A stretch of 64,000 nucleotides of DNA from the sequence record MN508624.2. The stretch is one strand, 5' to 3'. The stretch is from Enterobacter phage EC-F2. The notes beneath the pieces are model-generated. The model worked only from the letters and a program-made list of their open reading frames with translations, did no database searches and had not been told where the DNA came from. Positions 17,507-27,247 of this stretch are shown piece by piece. The position numbers and the translations under genes were made by a program. Each line of letters opens with the position of its first letter. The stretch's first letter is position 1.

Positions 17507-18601
17507 ATGAAAATTACAGTATTGCAAGACACTGTACAATCATTTGCAGAAATCAAAAATGCTGGCATCCCCTCTGGGGGTGCTGCAACAACTAAAAACG
17601 CGTTGACTCAACCGATCGTAACAGCGGAATTTCCTTCCCAACGTGCAGCAGGTATTGATAACGCTTATAATGCATCAAGCCTGTATAATAACGGCTTGCT
17701 GTTCACTGCATATGAATTCACGGGCGGACTTGCGCCAGGTAGCAAAGACAACTACCGCTCATTACGTCAGGCAGCACAGAATGCGCAACAGATCCTGAGC
17801 GCGAATACAGGCAACGTTCGATATAAACAAGTTTTGAATAGCCGTACTATTGGTACGCTCAACCCCATTTGTCAAATACTTTTACCGCGAAGCCTGAACG
17901 ATAACGAGGTTAACAGCCACCGTTACCAAGATGCAACCGATAGTATTGTTGCTAAAGGACCGTCAAGAGTTGTGTCTAACGTTATCTGGGGCGCTATTGA
18001 GTCTGCTAGTGGTGGTATTTTGGCAGACCGTAGAGAAGCAGTTGATGTTGGTACGAAAGCAGCGTTTCAAGGCTCTGATAAGCGCACAAAGATGTATTAC
18101 AATACATTCGTTATCGAAAGTCGTTATGACCTGTTGGAACTTATTAAAATCTATTATCTGTTCACGGTGCTGGGTTATGGTACGACATCAGGAGGAACTG
18201 CCGCCGAAATAGCAGAATTAGCTAAACAAACAATTAATACATCATCAACAGCAGGGGCAAAACTTATTAATAATGCAATTGCAGGAAATGGCCCTACACC
18301 TACTGTATCTAATGGTTCGATTATAAGCGATCAGGCGGTGGATTTTGTTACTAATATAGAAGTTATTAAATCGCCTCCAGTGTGGTTTATTCGTGACTTC
18401 CAGACAGGTGACAGTTTGCGGTTCCCTCATTCCACGTTCGGGCCAGCAGGTATTACCAGCGTTCGTTTCGGGCGTACAATGGACAACATTGTAAATACGT
18501 TAAGAGAATCACCGAACACCCCGATCGCAGTTGAAATCGAAATTCAGTTTATGGAACTGATCGATATGCGTCAGGATTCGATTTTTGATACGCAGTATTA
18601 A
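17507..18601 (+). CDS. 48: baseplate tail-tube cap gp48-like (364 aa)
   Basis: Same length as T4 gp48. Sits between gp29 and gp54. Confidence 0.65.
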   Translation: MKITVLQDTVQSFAEIKNAGIPSGGAATTKNALTQPIVTAEFPSQRAAGIDNAYNASSLYNNGLLFTAYEFTGGLAPGSKDNYRSLRQAAQNAQQILSANTGNVRYKQVLNSRTIGTLNPICQILLPRSLNDNEVNSHRYQDATDSIVAKGPSRVVSNVIWGAIESASGGILADRREAVDVGTKAAFQGSDKRTKMYYNTFVIESRYDLLELIKIYYLFTVLGYGTTSGGTAAEIAELAKQTINTSSTAGAKLINNAIAGNGPTPTVSNGSIISDQAVDFVTNIEVIKSPPVWFIRDFQTGDSLRFPHSTFGPAGITSVRFGRTMDNIVNTLRESPNTPIAVEIEIQFMELIDMRQDSIFDTQY

Positions 18602-18610
18602 GGGGGAACA

Positions 18611-19474
18611 ATGTTCTATAGCGTAGATGAATTTTTGTCAGGAATGGCAAACCGAGACTTCCAGCGAAGCAACCTGTTTAGTGTTGTATTCGCAACCAGT
18701 CCAGCATCACGCATTCTCGACAGCACGATCGGGAGTATCCGCGATACTTTAATTGATGGTACTATGAGTTCCATTAACGCGAATAACCCGAACGAGTTCA
18801 TGAACGCTATTACAGGGGGCGTAAGCAAGCTATTCAGCTATACGGTTGATAAAGCTATTATGTCCCTGAACAAAACAGGTTTCAGTAAAATCATGGGGGC
18901 GTTAAGCCCTCGTTTAATTACTTCCCTGTTTGGTGATAGTGTTTACGGACAGATGCTAACAGAATTCCGTGACAAAATGATGTACAATATGGGGTTGAGC
19001 ATCGTTGGTGTTCAGTTGCCTGGTAAAACACTGGGTTATGAATACGTGTATAATGGCGGTGTACCCCAGATCCGATTCACCCGACCGGAGAATGGTGAAT
19101 TATCGCTAACGTTCCGTGTGGATTCAGAAGCGCGTAACCTGAAAGTATTCAACGAATGGTTATCAGCTATTCGTGATGATGTCTCAGGCCAGTTCGCATT
19201 CATTGATGAAGTATCAAGCGCGATCCAGGTAAACTTGCACAATCGCGATGGTGTCCCGCACAGCACGTATGTATTCCAGAAGTGTTTGCCTGTTAAAGTC
19301 AGCAACCCAGAACTGAGTTATGAAAGCAATAACGAAATCTGGACATTCACTGTTGACTTTGCATATAAAACAGGCTGGCTTGTTGAAGCAGATAAAGAAG
19401 GTTGGGACGGATTCAAACAATCACTTATCGAAGGTGCAGCAATTGCCGTTCGTGGTGTGGTTACAGGACAATAA
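18611..19474 (+). CDS. 54: baseplate tail-tube initiator gp54
   Basis: N-terminus MFYSVDEFLSGMANRDFQRSNLFSVVFATSP aligns with T4 gp54 MYSLEEFNNQAINADFQRNNMFSCVFATTP. A gp19-like motif is also present. Confidence 0.85.
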   Translation: MFYSVDEFLSGMANRDFQRSNLFSVVFATSPASRILDSTIGSIRDTLIDGTMSSINANNPNEFMNAITGGVSKLFSYTVDKAIMSLNKTGFSKIMGALSPRLITSLFGDSVYGQMLTEFRDKMMYNMGLSIVGVQLPGKTLGYEYVYNGGVPQIRFTRPENGELSLTFRVDSEARNLKVFNEWLSAIRDDVSGQFAFIDEVSSAIQVNLHNRDGVPHSTYVFQKCLPVKVSNPELSYESNNEIWTFTVDFAYKTGWLVEADKEGWDGFKQSLIEGAAIAVRGVVTGQ

Positions 19475-19495
19475 GGGGCGAAAGCCCCTTTTGAG
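19474..19495 (+). terminator. hairpin aaggggcgaaagcccctt + TTT between gp54 and gp51 (attenuator?)
   Basis: Perfect stem-loop. Confidence 0.4.
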
Positions 19496-19501
19496 GTTAA
19501 A

Positions 19502-20245
19502 ATGATTGATATAATCCGCGTAAAACTCCCTGGTGGAGTGAAGCGATTCCCTATGTTTACCGTGCGCGATCAGTTGAGTTTCTTACTCACAAGCGCGGAC
19601 ATGGAAGGGAAGACGCTCACAGAACAGCAAGAAATGCTGGATGAAATTTTAGATATTCTGTATCCGGGTTATTCCCGCACCGAACAGGAAAACATTTTCA
19701 CTAAGGTGTATTGTGTATCGTTCGGTAAGAACGCAATCAAGATCCGAATCAAAGGCAGCAGCGGACAATCAGAAGCATTCATGCATGTAACTGATTACGT
19801 TTTGCAAAATGAATATGCCCTTGATGACTCGCTTACTCTGGGATTCAAATTCCCGAAACATCGTAACAACAGTGAACAATTATTCCTTGAATGTATCCAG
19901 TATGTCAAGCAGGACGGCGAAAGATACGAATGGAATGCATTAGACGAGGATACAAAGAACGCGATCCTGGATCTGGTGTCTATTGAAGATATGGAAAATA
20001 TCGTTAAACTGTTACGCAAGTCCTGTCATGTTACCGTGCGTGATATTGAGTTCAGCGACTTATTGACACTGTACAAAATCCTGTTCAACAAATCAGAACT
20101 GAATGAGTTCTTCAAAACCAACTATTTGTTAAATAAGAATACCGTACAGATTGAACCTATAATGAATGGAAGCCCGATGGAACGTTCAATTTACGTTGCA
20201 CTGCTGGCGGAAGACTTGAAACGAAAAGAGAATGCAAATGCGTAA
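19502..20245 (+). CDS. 51: baseplate hub assembly protein gp51-like (247 aa)
   Basis: Size matches T4 gp51 (249 aa). Within the hub cluster. Confidence 0.45.
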   Translation: MIDIIRVKLPGGVKRFPMFTVRDQLSFLLTSADMEGKTLTEQQEMLDEILDILYPGYSRTEQENIFTKVYCVSFGKNAIKIRIKGSSGQSEAFMHVTDYVLQNEYALDDSLTLGFKFPKHRNNSEQLFLECIQYVKQDGERYEWNALDEDTKNAILDLVSIEDMENIVKLLRKSCHVTVRDIEFSDLLTLYKILFNKSELNEFFKTNYLLNKNTVQIEPIMNGSPMERSIYVALLAEDLKRKENANA

Positions 20246-20795
20246 ACATACACCCCGACATATCCCAAAATATAATGTGACTTATCGCCCGTTAACCATT
20301 GGCGATCTTGATGACACGGATAACTTCATTATTGAAGGTGATGTGTTCAAGCATCAGCGCGATTATGTTTACATTATGGCTCTGTTCGACAGTATCAACA
20401 AAGAGACTGTAGATCTCCAAATCAAATGCCCTGAATGCGGGGAACTGATTAAGTTTGTGCTCAATCGTCATCATATCATGGTGGATGAATACGAAGAAAA
20501 GCTGTACGGCAATGAGATCAAGATTTCAGTCGAACCACACCGCACCGGAAAGGAAGAGTTACCCGAACTGATTAAGTTTGTAGTCATCGACGGTGAACAA
20601 ATCTTATGGGATGACTGTAAAGAGTCAGAGAAAGAAGCCGTTCTGGATAGTATCGACTATCCGGTCTTTAAATCAATAAATAGCGCTCTGGATAAGCCAG
20701 CAATCGTTGCAAACATTCCGGTAAGGTGTTCGTGTGGCTACGAGCATATCGTTGCACTGAGAGGCTTAGAGGCGTTTCTAAAGGTGGTTGGATAA
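20232..20795 (+). CDS. 26: baseplate hub subunit gp26-like (two CxxC pairs)
   Basis: 187 aa. Sits between gp51 and gp25. CPECG...CSCG. Confidence 0.45.
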   Translation: MQMRKHTPRHIPKYNVTYRPLTIGDLDDTDNFIIEGDVFKHQRDYVYIMALFDSINKETVDLQIKCPECGELIKFVLNRHHIMVDEYEEKLYGNEIKISVEPHRTGKEELPELIKFVVIDGEQILWDDCKESEKEAVLDSIDYPVFKSINSALDKPAIVANIPVRCSCGYEHIVALRGLEAFLKVVG

Positions 20796-21189
20796 AATGG
20801 GTGTTAACCTTCGCTTACTGTATAGCGATATCGATCCCAACTTAACAAAAGACTGGAACAATGACGTAGCCGCCTCGAAAGGGGCGGCAGCGGTAAAGAA
20901 TAGTCTGATCGGTATCGTAACAACACAAAAAGGCACACGGCCTTTCGATAGCAACTTTGGTTGTGAGATCGGGGAACAGATTTTCGAGAACATGAACCCG
21001 CTAACAGCGGAAGCAGTAAGGACTTCGATTGTCTCCGCGATCCGTGCATACGAACCCCGTGTTTACAATCTGGATGTTGAAGTGATTCCGCAGTATGACG
21101 AAAACGCAATCACCGTGACGATTTACTACAGCATCATTGATGAACCGGAAGAAGTAGAAAGAATCAAACTCCAGCTATCATCCTCATAA
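20788..21189 (+). CDS. 25: baseplate wedge subunit gp25
   Basis: LYSDIDPNLTKDWNNDV...GTRPFDSNFGC...IKLQLSS aligns along the full length with T4 gp25. Confidence 0.9.
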   Translation: MDKMGVNLRLLYSDIDPNLTKDWNNDVAASKGAAAVKNSLIGIVTTQKGTRPFDSNFGCEIGEQIFENMNPLTAEAVRTSIVSAIRAYEPRVYNLDVEVIPQYDENAITVTIYYSIIDEPEEVERIKLQLSSS

Positions 21190-21191
21190 CA

Positions 21192-21217
21192 AAAAGCCCC
21201 GAAAGGGGCTTTTCTTA
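21192..21217 (+). terminator. hairpin aagccccgaaaggggctt + T-rich
   Basis: Follows the gp25 stop. Confidence 0.55.
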
Positions 21218-21712
21218 TTCCATCACGATCCAGCCCATTAGCTGTTGATATCGCAATTCGAACGGGGTGATGAAAGAGCGGTTATTGATAACCTTCGTTC
21301 CGTTGTAGGACTTAATCACTTCCTCACCACGAAGCACATATTCGTATACTTCGTCCATCGTATCATAACGCACTTCTTCGACTTCGAAGCAGAAGTTGGA
21401 ATATTCAATCATCCCGATCTTGTTCGCGTAACGACGTTCGATACAGCCCTGTTTTTCAATCTGAGTGATCGCAGTATCAATGAACTGCGCAAGTGCTTGC
21501 ATGAAATTACCACATTCGACTTCACGGCCTCCGCTTGAGATAGCCAGGTAAACGCGGCTCAATCCATCATTGCCGATGTAACCGATACAGTCACCGCCAA
21601 TATAGACAGACCAGACTTTACCCATCGGCCCCATACCCATACGATTCTCACTACCAGAAACACCTTTCAGTAACAGTGCCATGATACCGCCGCGAACGTA
21701 ATTAATTTTCAT
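21215..21712 (-). CDS. hypothetical protein (165 aa)
   Basis: ORF. Start could be at an internal Met. Confidence 0.5.
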   Translation of the reverse strand: MKINYVRGGIMALLLKGVSGSENRMGMGPMGKVWSVYIGGDCIGYIGNDGLSRVYLAISSGGREVECGNFMQALAQFIDTAITQIEKQGCIERRYANKIGMIEYSNFCFEVEEVRYDTMDEVYEYVLRGEEVIKSYNGTKVINNRSFITPFELRYQQLMGWIVME

Positions 21713-21722
21713 GATAAGCCCC

Positions 21723-21953
21723 TTATTTTTTCAGGTTGATTAACCAAGATGGTTGGGTTTCTAAACTAACCGCTTTCCAAGCATATGCAACACTATAACC
21801 GGAATACGTCTGACATACAACAGCATTTTCATTTAAATATTTCACTTTGTGATCTGCCTCTTGTTCATCCAGGGCAGCACACACGATATTCTTTTCATAC
21901 ACTCCGCCGTTTGGCTGGATAATGGTTTCTTCAATCAGATAAACGCTGTTCAT
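21723..21953 (-). CDS. hypothetical protein (76 aa)
   Basis: ORF. Confidence 0.45.
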   Translation of the reverse strand: MNSVYLIEETIIQPNGGVYEKNIVCAALDEQEADHKVKYLNENAVVCQTYSGYSVAYAWKAVSLETQPSWLINLKK

Positions 21954-22222
21954 GCTAATTCCTTCTCGATTGCTTCGATGATGTGGAGAACGTAACCGTT
22001 CAGTTCTTTTGCTTTATCAGCGGCTTCAACCATACCATAACGAGGAACTTCTAAAACGTTCGCACCTTCGAGCAGGTTGCTTTCGATGTCTACGATTACA
22101 TAGCTCTCACCGATTGCCGCGCCTTTTCTCCAGTCTTTTACGAACTTCATCATTTTAGCTTTCATGTTCTCGTTCCTTTTGGCTGTTCCGTTTCGATATG
22201 TGTAATATAACAAAGCCCTCAC
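21950..22222 (-). CDS. hypothetical protein (90 aa)
   Basis: ORF immediately downstream of a PeSL cassette. Confidence 0.5.
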   Translation of the reverse strand: MRALLYYTYRNGTAKRNENMKAKMMKFVKDWRKGAAIGESYVIVDIESNLLEGANVLEVPRYGMVEAADKAKELNGYVLHIIEAIEKELA

Positions 22223-22245
22223 GCGAACGCAAGGGCTTTTTTGGA
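22183..22245 (-). repeat. PeSL-like cassette (hairpin gccctcacgcgaacgcaagggc + TTATATT + ACACATATCGAAACGGAACAG)
   Basis: The hairpin is an exact copy of the one at 33221-33247. Confidence 0.6.
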
Positions 22246-22899
22246 TTAACTGAATTTATTATAGAGAGTAAAATTAATCCCTATAGAATTCAGTGCTTTA
22301 CATGTTGCATCAAGATCTGTTGGTTCGATTTCGATGATGTATTTCAACGCTGTGTTTACTGGAATGGTTTCTGGTTCTTCGAAAGATGCCAGGGTTGGTG
22401 CTTTCACCGTTTCTGGTTCAGCAAGCACGGTTTTCTTTACGTCAAACGCTTCTTTGAACTTGTTGATTCTTTTTAGCAGGTCATCAATCAATTCGATGTT
22501 AGCTCCGTCGAATTGTCTGGTTTGTTCCAGCATACTCGTAATCTTTCCGTATGTAGTGCGTCTGGTTTGTTCCGTGTAATTCCCGACTTCATAACGGTCG
22601 ATCCGGTCGATGATTGCCCGAATGTGTCCAAGATTAGCGCGATCGAAATACGCAATCAGCTTAGATTTTCTGAACACGAACATATATGGAGCATTACCGA
22701 CAATGTAATGAGTTGCCGTTAGACCAAAACTAGGATCGATCAGAATTTTAACCGTGTTGAAATACGGGATTAAATTTATTTCACGTTCAGGTAAACGGAA
22801 AACTTCATCTTTAAAGTTCTTCCCAATCCGGTCGATCTCTTCCAGAGTTTTACCCATCATCGACGAAATTATTTCAATTTTTTTAGATACATAAGCCAT
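22246..22899 (-). CDS. hypothetical protein (217 aa)
   Basis: ORF. Confidence 0.55.
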   Translation of the reverse strand: MAYVSKKIEIISSMMGKTLEEIDRIGKNFKDEVFRLPEREINLIPYFNTVKILIDPSFGLTATHYIVGNAPYMFVFRKSKLIAYFDRANLGHIRAIIDRIDRYEVGNYTEQTRRTTYGKITSMLEQTRQFDGANIELIDDLLKRINKFKEAFDVKKTVLAEPETVKAPTLASFEEPETIPVNTALKYIIEIEPTDLDATCKALNSIGINFTLYNKFS

Positions 22900-22917
22900 T
22901 TTTCAATTCTCATTTAA

Positions 22918-23208
22918 TTAATGCATAAAAGATTTGACGTACTTCACGATTTCTTCACGACACATATCGACCGGAGTATCCTCAGCAATAGCAGCATGAC
23001 AGAAGATTTCACCATCCAGCCAGAACGATAGCATGTACTGAATATCCCGACCTTCGTTTTCTTTCTGGTGTTTCTTGATGCGATCAAATGCATCATCCAT
23101 GCTTTCGGTAGCTGTAAGCATTTCAGATTCACCCGCTACAGCAGCCATTTCCCCAGCTTCATCACTGAATTCGCTTTCCAGTTCTTCCCAGTATACTATC
23201 GTTATCAT
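22918..23208 (-). CDS. hypothetical acidic protein (96 aa)
   Basis: ORF. Confidence 0.5.
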   Translation of the reverse strand: MITIVYWEELESEFSDEAGEMAAVAGESEMLTATESMDDAFDRIKKHQKENEGRDIQYMLSFWLDGEIFCHAAIAEDTPVDMCREEIVKYVKSFMH

Positions 23209-23341
23209 GGATTACCCCAAACAGATTTTACATTTACAGAGAGGACATTCCGCCTCTTTAACGCGCAAGCGCTTTGTTGCTGTTCGCTTCGCTGTGTTGT
23301 GATCATACACATGCAAACAGCGATAACAGATCACCAATCGT

Positions 23342-23809
23342 TTAGCCGTCATAACCACCACCGCAACGAACATCACCTTCAATGAACAGTTCGCGGTTAT
23401 CTCTCAGGAGATTGTATTTCTTTTCGAGTTCCGGCCCGAATGCGTCCGCGTCGTCATACCAGTCATAGTCATAACTTCCGGTTTCATCGTCGTATTCCGG
23501 TTCGTCGCCGCGCTCATTGAAGTGAACGATTTTAACATCATCCAGATTCAGTTCTTTCAGCTTGTCCCAGATGCGGGTTATTTCGACGCTATTACATCCG
23601 AACGCTTCCAGTGTGATTGTGCCGTCATCGTGTATTTGAGGTAAATCCCAGCGAGGACGAGTATCATCAAACATATCCATCAGAGATTCAACGTTTGACT
23701 CACCGTAAATCTTTGCAACTTCCTGTTCTTTACCAGGGCGGACAAGTCCGACCCCGATGATAAAACTACTGCTTGAGCTATTGCTAACGAACCCAGAACG
23801 AATCTTCAT
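23342..23809 (-). CDS. hypothetical acidic protein, paralog A of the MKIRSGFVSNSSSSSF family
   Basis: 17-aa N-terminus identical to the 27247-27759 product, with many synonymous nucleotide differences. Confidence 0.6.
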   Translation of the reverse strand: MKIRSGFVSNSSSSSFIIGVGLVRPGKEQEVAKIYGESNVESLMDMFDDTRPRWDLPQIHDDGTITLEAFGCNSVEITRIWDKLKELNLDDVKIVHFNERGDEPEYDDETGSYDYDWYDDADAFGPELEKKYNLLRDNRELFIEGDVRCGGGYDG

Positions 23810-23997
23810 CGTCTTGCCTCATATTTCGCGTTCTCCGCGATTTTCTCATGATACAGGTTGTATGACAACACCAGCGGGATACAAGCTACTATAAGCCCGA
23901 TGATAGCCAGTTGATATTCGCGTTTATCGAACGCCATGAATGTAATCGTAGCGCCCAGAATAAACACACCTAACGCAATGATGAAGAATAATGTCAT
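23806..23997 (-). CDS. small membrane protein (63 aa, two TM segments)
   Basis: Hydrophobic ORF. Confidence 0.5.
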   Translation of the reverse strand: MTLFFIIALGVFILGATITFMAFDKREYQLAIIGLIVACIPLVLSYNLYHEKIAENAKYEARR

Positions 23998-24620
23998 TTT
24001 GGCAGGGTATCCATTTCACGAGATTTTGCTTTCAGGATGTCAATCACAGTAGTCATCGCCTGTTCTACATCACCATCATAGTGAATCAGGAATGTTTTGT
24101 GAAGTCCCATGATCAGACGATTGATGATATAAGCCATTTCTGACGGCAACAGTTTACCATTCTGGCGATCGTACTTTCCAAACAAGCGGTAGAGTTCTGC
24201 GCTGTTGCCTGGCTTCTCAATGCTGAAATTATGCATCCCAGACAGAATACCATCCAGATACAGAACAGTTTTGTTATCACTGCGCAGGTGTCCGCCGACC
24301 TTGTAGTAGTTGCTGAATACATACGGTTTTTCGCGGATATCTTCGATATCGAAATCACCATGATCTTCGATGTTGCCAACATGGGCGAAGAAATGATGAT
24401 CTTCCAGTTCGAGAAGGATTGCACCCTTTTTGTATGGGAATCCGACTAAATCGATCTGCCAGCCATTTTCACCGACAAAGACATCATCGACAACCACGAA
24501 ATCCGGCAGCATAGGCGCGTATGCGTGGTTCTTTTCGTTGTTTTCACGATAGGCTTGTGGTTCGGACAGATACAGGATATCGCCTTTTACAACTTCACCC
24601 CAGAATACGTTACGTGACAT
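23994..24620 (-). CDS. hypothetical protein (about 208 aa; start set at MSRNVFWGE after the terminator)
   Basis: The ORF track start at 24659 lies inside the terminator hairpin, so the internal ATG at 24620 is preferred. Confidence 0.5.
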   Translation of the reverse strand: MSRNVFWGEVVKGDILYLSEPQAYRENNEKNHAYAPMLPDFVVVDDVFVGENGWQIDLVGFPYKKGAILLELEDHHFFAHVGNIEDHGDFDIEDIREKPYVFSNYYKVGGHLRSDNKTVLYLDGILSGMHNFSIEKPGNSAELYRLFGKYDRQNGKLLPSEMAYIINRLIMGLHKTFLIHYDGDVEQAMTTVIDILKAKSREMDTLPK

Positions 24621-24635
24621 ATTATTTTCCTCAAT

Positions 24636-24660
24636 ATGCCCCCTTTCGGGGGCGGTCATT
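24636..24660 (-). terminator. bidirectional hairpin gcccccgaaagggggc
   Basis: Perfect 6-bp GC stem, downstream of the vWA gene. Confidence 0.5.
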
Positions 24661-24661
24661 G

Positions 24662-26908
24662 TTAGATTTTGACTTCTTTTTCTTCCAGGACGATTTCACA
24701 TTCGAATGATGTGGTTTCCCAGACTTTCCAGAAATCGGATGGAATATTATCTTCTTTCGGAAGAATATCTTTTGCAGCGATAGAAACTTTGGTTTCTTCG
24801 AAGTCCAGATCCGCGAACCATGCATGGGCTACTACAACACCGTACATTACGCGACTTAAACGGGCATTCAGTTTACGGACTTCCTGAATCGTTGCCTTTG
24901 TCTGCTTATCAAGATACTCGACTACCTGATCTTTGTCAAGCGCATCCAGTTCAGATTTCACCTGATCATAAGCCCACAGGATAATCAGGTCGCCGTTGTT
25001 CAGTTTCTTCTTACCTTCTTCACGCTTCGCGACGGTAGCCGCTACAGCAGGAAGGGAGGAAACACCCTTGATTTTCACGTTCAGTTCTTTCGACATGTAA
25101 ACATCAGTCGATTCTGTGCGCTCAACCTTCGGAGAGAACCCGTAATCACGAATACCCTGTTCAGACAGCCATTCACCCGCAGCCTCACCAAAGCGCTGTT
25201 TCAGCCCTTCTGCGTTGCGCAGTCCGATCGCGTTGTCACGGAAGAACTTCATAACCTTCTGACGGCCTTTCAGGATTTCCAGACGCACGTTATCAGTCAC
25301 GAACTCTTTACCGCTTAACCCGCGAGTCATGCCACGGTTAACCAGAGGCAGAGAGGTAAAGTCTACCAGAACAGACATACGATCATCACCGATTTTTTCG
25401 AGCGGCTTGATAGTCAGGCCAGAAGCACGAAGGTTTTTCAGTGTCGGAATATCGGTTTCCAGCGGCAGAACTTTAACGTTCACGATACCATCTTTAACGA
25501 TGGTGAAGTTACGCACCTGCTTAGTTTCGACTTTTTCCGGCAGACCGAATTCTTTCTGTTTGCTTTCTGGGATAGTCACATACCCTTCCAGATCCGTGTT
25601 GATGGAAATGTTCGGACGGGAACTGTTACCCACCAGATGTTTAACCGATACTTTGGTTGTGGTTTGGGTAAATTTCGGTGTCCAGACTTCATGCGCTACC
25701 ATTTGCGCCGCCAGTGCTTTACGTTCTTCTGGGGTTGCAGCGTTTGCGATCTGTTCGGTCAGTTGATCCAGTGTATCATCTTCTTTCTGTACCGTCTGAC
25801 GGCCTGTGCGGTTGTACGCCCAGTGCTCAGAAGACAGGTCGATCACTGTGTCAGTTTGTGCCAGCAGTTCGAGCGCATCAACCAGAGTGAACGCGTTTTC
25901 GTCTGGAACCATGTTGTAATCAATACCATCAACGAAACGCTGTGATGGATCTACAACAGCCTGTGCAATCAGGTCTTTCGCGTTGGAGTAGTCCTGTTTG
26001 GTAAAGCAGTTGTCATACGCCTTGATCAGACGGACATCACCCAGCTTTTGAAGCACTTTCCATGCCAGATCAGGGTTCATTGTGTGCAGTGCATGATAAA
26101 GCACGACATACAGAACTTGCTGTTCGCTGGCGATGTTCGGATCGAAACCGTCAACATCGTTGATCGCGTTTTCACCCAGCGCCCAGATGTTTTTGATGTG
26201 TTCTGGAACCAGCACAACACCGTTTGCAGCGTTCAGGACATACACGCGCCCTTCGTCCAGGTAGATCGCGTGGGTAGCATCAGCAACTTTGACTTCGATA
26301 CGTGCGGAAGTCTGCGCGGTGATGATTTCGTTAAATGCTGGTTCGTATGCGTCGAAACCTTCAACGAATTTGTGCAATGCGTTGGTTGCTTCTGCCATTT
26401 TTTCCAGCAGAGGACGGTTTACATAATAACCGTATTCCAGGAACGCGATACTGTTGAAAGTCAGTGGCAGAACCGCACACGCTTTCAGAATATCATCGGT
26501 ACGCCAGCAGTTATCATAACCATCGGTCAGGAAGATCAGGCTGTTCAGGTTGCCGTTTTCGGATTGCAGATCGGTAGCGATTTCCGCAGCCAGATTCAAC
26601 GGCTCAACAAAGCCAGTACAACCCGTAGGTTTCAGGTAACGGTCGATAGCCGCGCAGATGTTAGACAGGTCAGAGACATTGCTAACCTTCTCACCACGGA
26701 ACACCGTGCCGTAATCGCCTTTGCTGGAGAAGTACAGGATCGAAACGGTGTCATCCTGTTTAACCAGACTCGCCAGGTTTGCTTTCAGGTGTTTACGGAT
26801 CTTAGGCAGTTCGTTGTACATTGAACCGGATACGTCACACACGAAAACGTGGTTTGTCGGGGTTGGCTTCGATACAGCGTTTTTGAATTCGATATTTGTG
26901 ATTGACAT
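24662..26908 (-). CDS. von Willebrand factor A (vWA) domain protein, 748 aa
   Basis: N-terminal MIDAS motif VFVCDVSGSM...T...LTDG. Large uncharacterised C-terminal region. Confidence 0.65.
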   Translation of the reverse strand: MSITNIEFKNAVSKPTPTNHVFVCDVSGSMYNELPKIRKHLKANLASLVKQDDTVSILYFSSKGDYGTVFRGEKVSNVSDLSNICAAIDRYLKPTGCTGFVEPLNLAAEIATDLQSENGNLNSLIFLTDGYDNCWRTDDILKACAVLPLTFNSIAFLEYGYYVNRPLLEKMAEATNALHKFVEGFDAYEPAFNEIITAQTSARIEVKVADATHAIYLDEGRVYVLNAANGVVLVPEHIKNIWALGENAINDVDGFDPNIASEQQVLYVVLYHALHTMNPDLAWKVLQKLGDVRLIKAYDNCFTKQDYSNAKDLIAQAVVDPSQRFVDGIDYNMVPDENAFTLVDALELLAQTDTVIDLSSEHWAYNRTGRQTVQKEDDTLDQLTEQIANAATPEERKALAAQMVAHEVWTPKFTQTTTKVSVKHLVGNSSRPNISINTDLEGYVTIPESKQKEFGLPEKVETKQVRNFTIVKDGIVNVKVLPLETDIPTLKNLRASGLTIKPLEKIGDDRMSVLVDFTSLPLVNRGMTRGLSGKEFVTDNVRLEILKGRQKVMKFFRDNAIGLRNAEGLKQRFGEAAGEWLSEQGIRDYGFSPKVERTESTDVYMSKELNVKIKGVSSLPAVAATVAKREEGKKKLNNGDLIILWAYDQVKSELDALDKDQVVEYLDKQTKATIQEVRKLNARLSRVMYGVVVAHAWFADLDFEETKVSIAAKDILPKEDNIPSDFWKVWETTSFECEIVLEEKEVKI

Positions 26909-27247
26909 TTAAATTTTCTCGTATTTGAATTTTTCTAAAATTTCGTTAACTTTATTGCTTACTGCTTCGACTGTACGATCACACCCGAACTTACGCGCCA
27001 GGAGTTCAACGTATTCATCCATCGTAGTGAGTTTGGATTCAGCAACGTCAAACGCAAGCGCATACATTACCGGATTCCATACCCGAACGATTTGGAGAGT
27101 ATACTCGTTCAGTTCAAATCGTTCAAGATATTTTCGCAAAGAAAATACATCAAACGGTGCGGGACGATCCTGGCTAAAGGGGATCGACTCCCCTAATGCA
27201 TAGCGAGGCATAACAACACAAACTTCTGTTTTCAGTTTATTATCCAT
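26909..27247 (-). CDS. hypothetical protein (112 aa)
   Basis: ORF directly upstream of the vWA gene. Confidence 0.5.
   Translation of the reverse strand: MDNKLKTEVCVVMPRYALGESIPFSQDRPAPFDVFSLRKYLERFELNEYTLQIVRVWNPVMYALAFDVAESKLTTMDEYVELLARKFGCDRTVEAVSNKVNEILEKFKYEKI

Noticed and set aside
23342-23809. MKIRSGFVSNSSSSSF as a T4-type capsid-targeting sequence
   Set aside because: It lacks the (L/I)xE protease site. A far better CTS match (MKSFKELLSE) exists at 59527. The shared N-terminus is kept as an unexplained signal.
26048-26824. 258-aa plus-strand ORF inside the vWA gene
   Set aside because: Antisense to the 748-aa ORF. The Cys/Phe/Val-rich translation is typical of non-coding frames.
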